Positions 63,564 through 64,000 of a DNA stretch of 64,000 nt are shown here, piece by piece. Origin of the DNA: Candidatus Poribacteria bacterium. GTDB taxonomy: Bacteria; Poribacteria; WGA-4E; WGA-3G. Below the pieces are notes generated by a model. The model saw only the letters and a program-made list of their open reading frames with translations, was not told where the DNA came from and did not search any database. Position 1 is the first letter of the stretch, and each line of letters starts with the position of its first letter. The position numbers and the translations under genes were made by a program. The DNA is taken from the NCBI GenBank assembly GCA_028824125.1, contig JAPPES010000080.1:580-64579 (forward strand), in the 5' to 3' direction.

Positions 63564-63965
63564 TTATGAGCGCAAGGTATTCCACGGTGCCTCATCAAAA
63601 ACATCAATGAGTTGGTATCCTTCTTCCCCTTTGCTCGGGCTCAACGTAACAAACAACTTTGCTGGCTGATTTGAGACATTAAAAGATGCGTGAACAATAT
63701 CCGCTGCGATGAACACAGAGTCCCCCGCATTTAGTGTTTGCTTCTTATCTTCAAGCCACTGCTCTACACTCCCCTCAATAACGTAGATAACCTCTTCCTG
63801 ATCCGGATGTTTATGAAAATCATGCCCATATCCAGGGGAGAGACTAACTTCCATTGCGACTATATCTTTCGCGCCTGTTGTTTCTGGACGGCTAAGCCAC
63901 CCGACTGTTCCCCAATCTAAATTATCTCTTTCTACTTCTGAAGATGCTATAAATTTTCCGTTCAC
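63564..63965 (-). CDS. Cupin-domain protein
   Basis: 133 aa. ...GYGHDFHKHPDQEEVIYVIEGSVEQW...GDSVFIAADIVHASFN is the cupin two-motif G(x)5HxH(x)3,4E(x)6G ... PxGxxHxxxN pattern. Confidence 0.7.
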   Translation of the reverse strand: MNGKFIASSEVERDNLDWGTVGWLSRPETTGAKDIVAMEVSLSPGYGHDFHKHPDQEEVIYVIEGSVEQWLEDKKQTLNAGDSVFIAADIVHASFNVSNQPAKLFVTLSPSKGEEGYQLIDVFDEAPWNTLRS

Positions 63966-64000
63966 GTTGTCTGTATTCTCCTTTATCTTATTAAGAGGAT

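Overview
This 64-kb window looks like chromosomal DNA from an uncultured bacterium of roughly 45% GC. A secreted S8 peptidase at 38527..42267 carries a type-A T9SS C-terminal sorting domain, which points to the FCB superphylum or a related candidate phylum. Coding density is high, with about 55 genes. They are mostly housekeeping and envelope functions: the TolC/HlyD efflux pair, trpA, argS, overlapping glnS-gltX, trxB, mtnP and mtnA (methionine salvage), mobA and moaC (molybdenum cofactor), a sugar nucleotidyltransferase/GT2/aminotransferase cluster, a DegT sugar aminotransferase, a phosphohexomutase, YvcK, a sulfatase, a MoxR ATPase next to a 972-aa secreted C13-like/transglutaminase-like protein, an orphan family-5 ABC substrate-binding protein, and several TPR/HEAT proteins. 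I found no rRNA, no convincing tRNA, no cas genes and no transposase or integrase genes.

The most unusual feature is the intergenic space. It is densely colonised by at least five families of small non-coding palindromic MITE-like elements, 115-265 bp long, with terminal inverted repeats. Several families share modular hairpin cores. Their stems show compensatory base changes and a G-T (G-U) wobble, which suggests RNA-level structure. Copies repeatedly sit exactly in the centre of short host palindromes (GCACAAACTG...CAGTTTGTGC and GGCGCGTTT...AAACGCGCC), and intact empty-site palindromes lie nearby.

The most interesting protein is a fusion of an N-terminal cold-shock domain to a C-terminal Hfq-like Sm domain (47568..48503). 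It is translationally coupled to a YkgJ Cys-cluster protein and sits behind a long structured 5' leader. Other points worth a second look are a frameshifted DUF3990-like gene with a small downstream partner, a HigA-N-terminal-like mini-protein abutted by a MITE, an iteron-like array of GACGTG-containing repeats upstream of trpA, an orphan phosphono/sulfopyruvate decarboxylase beta subunit, and a methyltransferase fused to a Trm112-like zinc ribbon.
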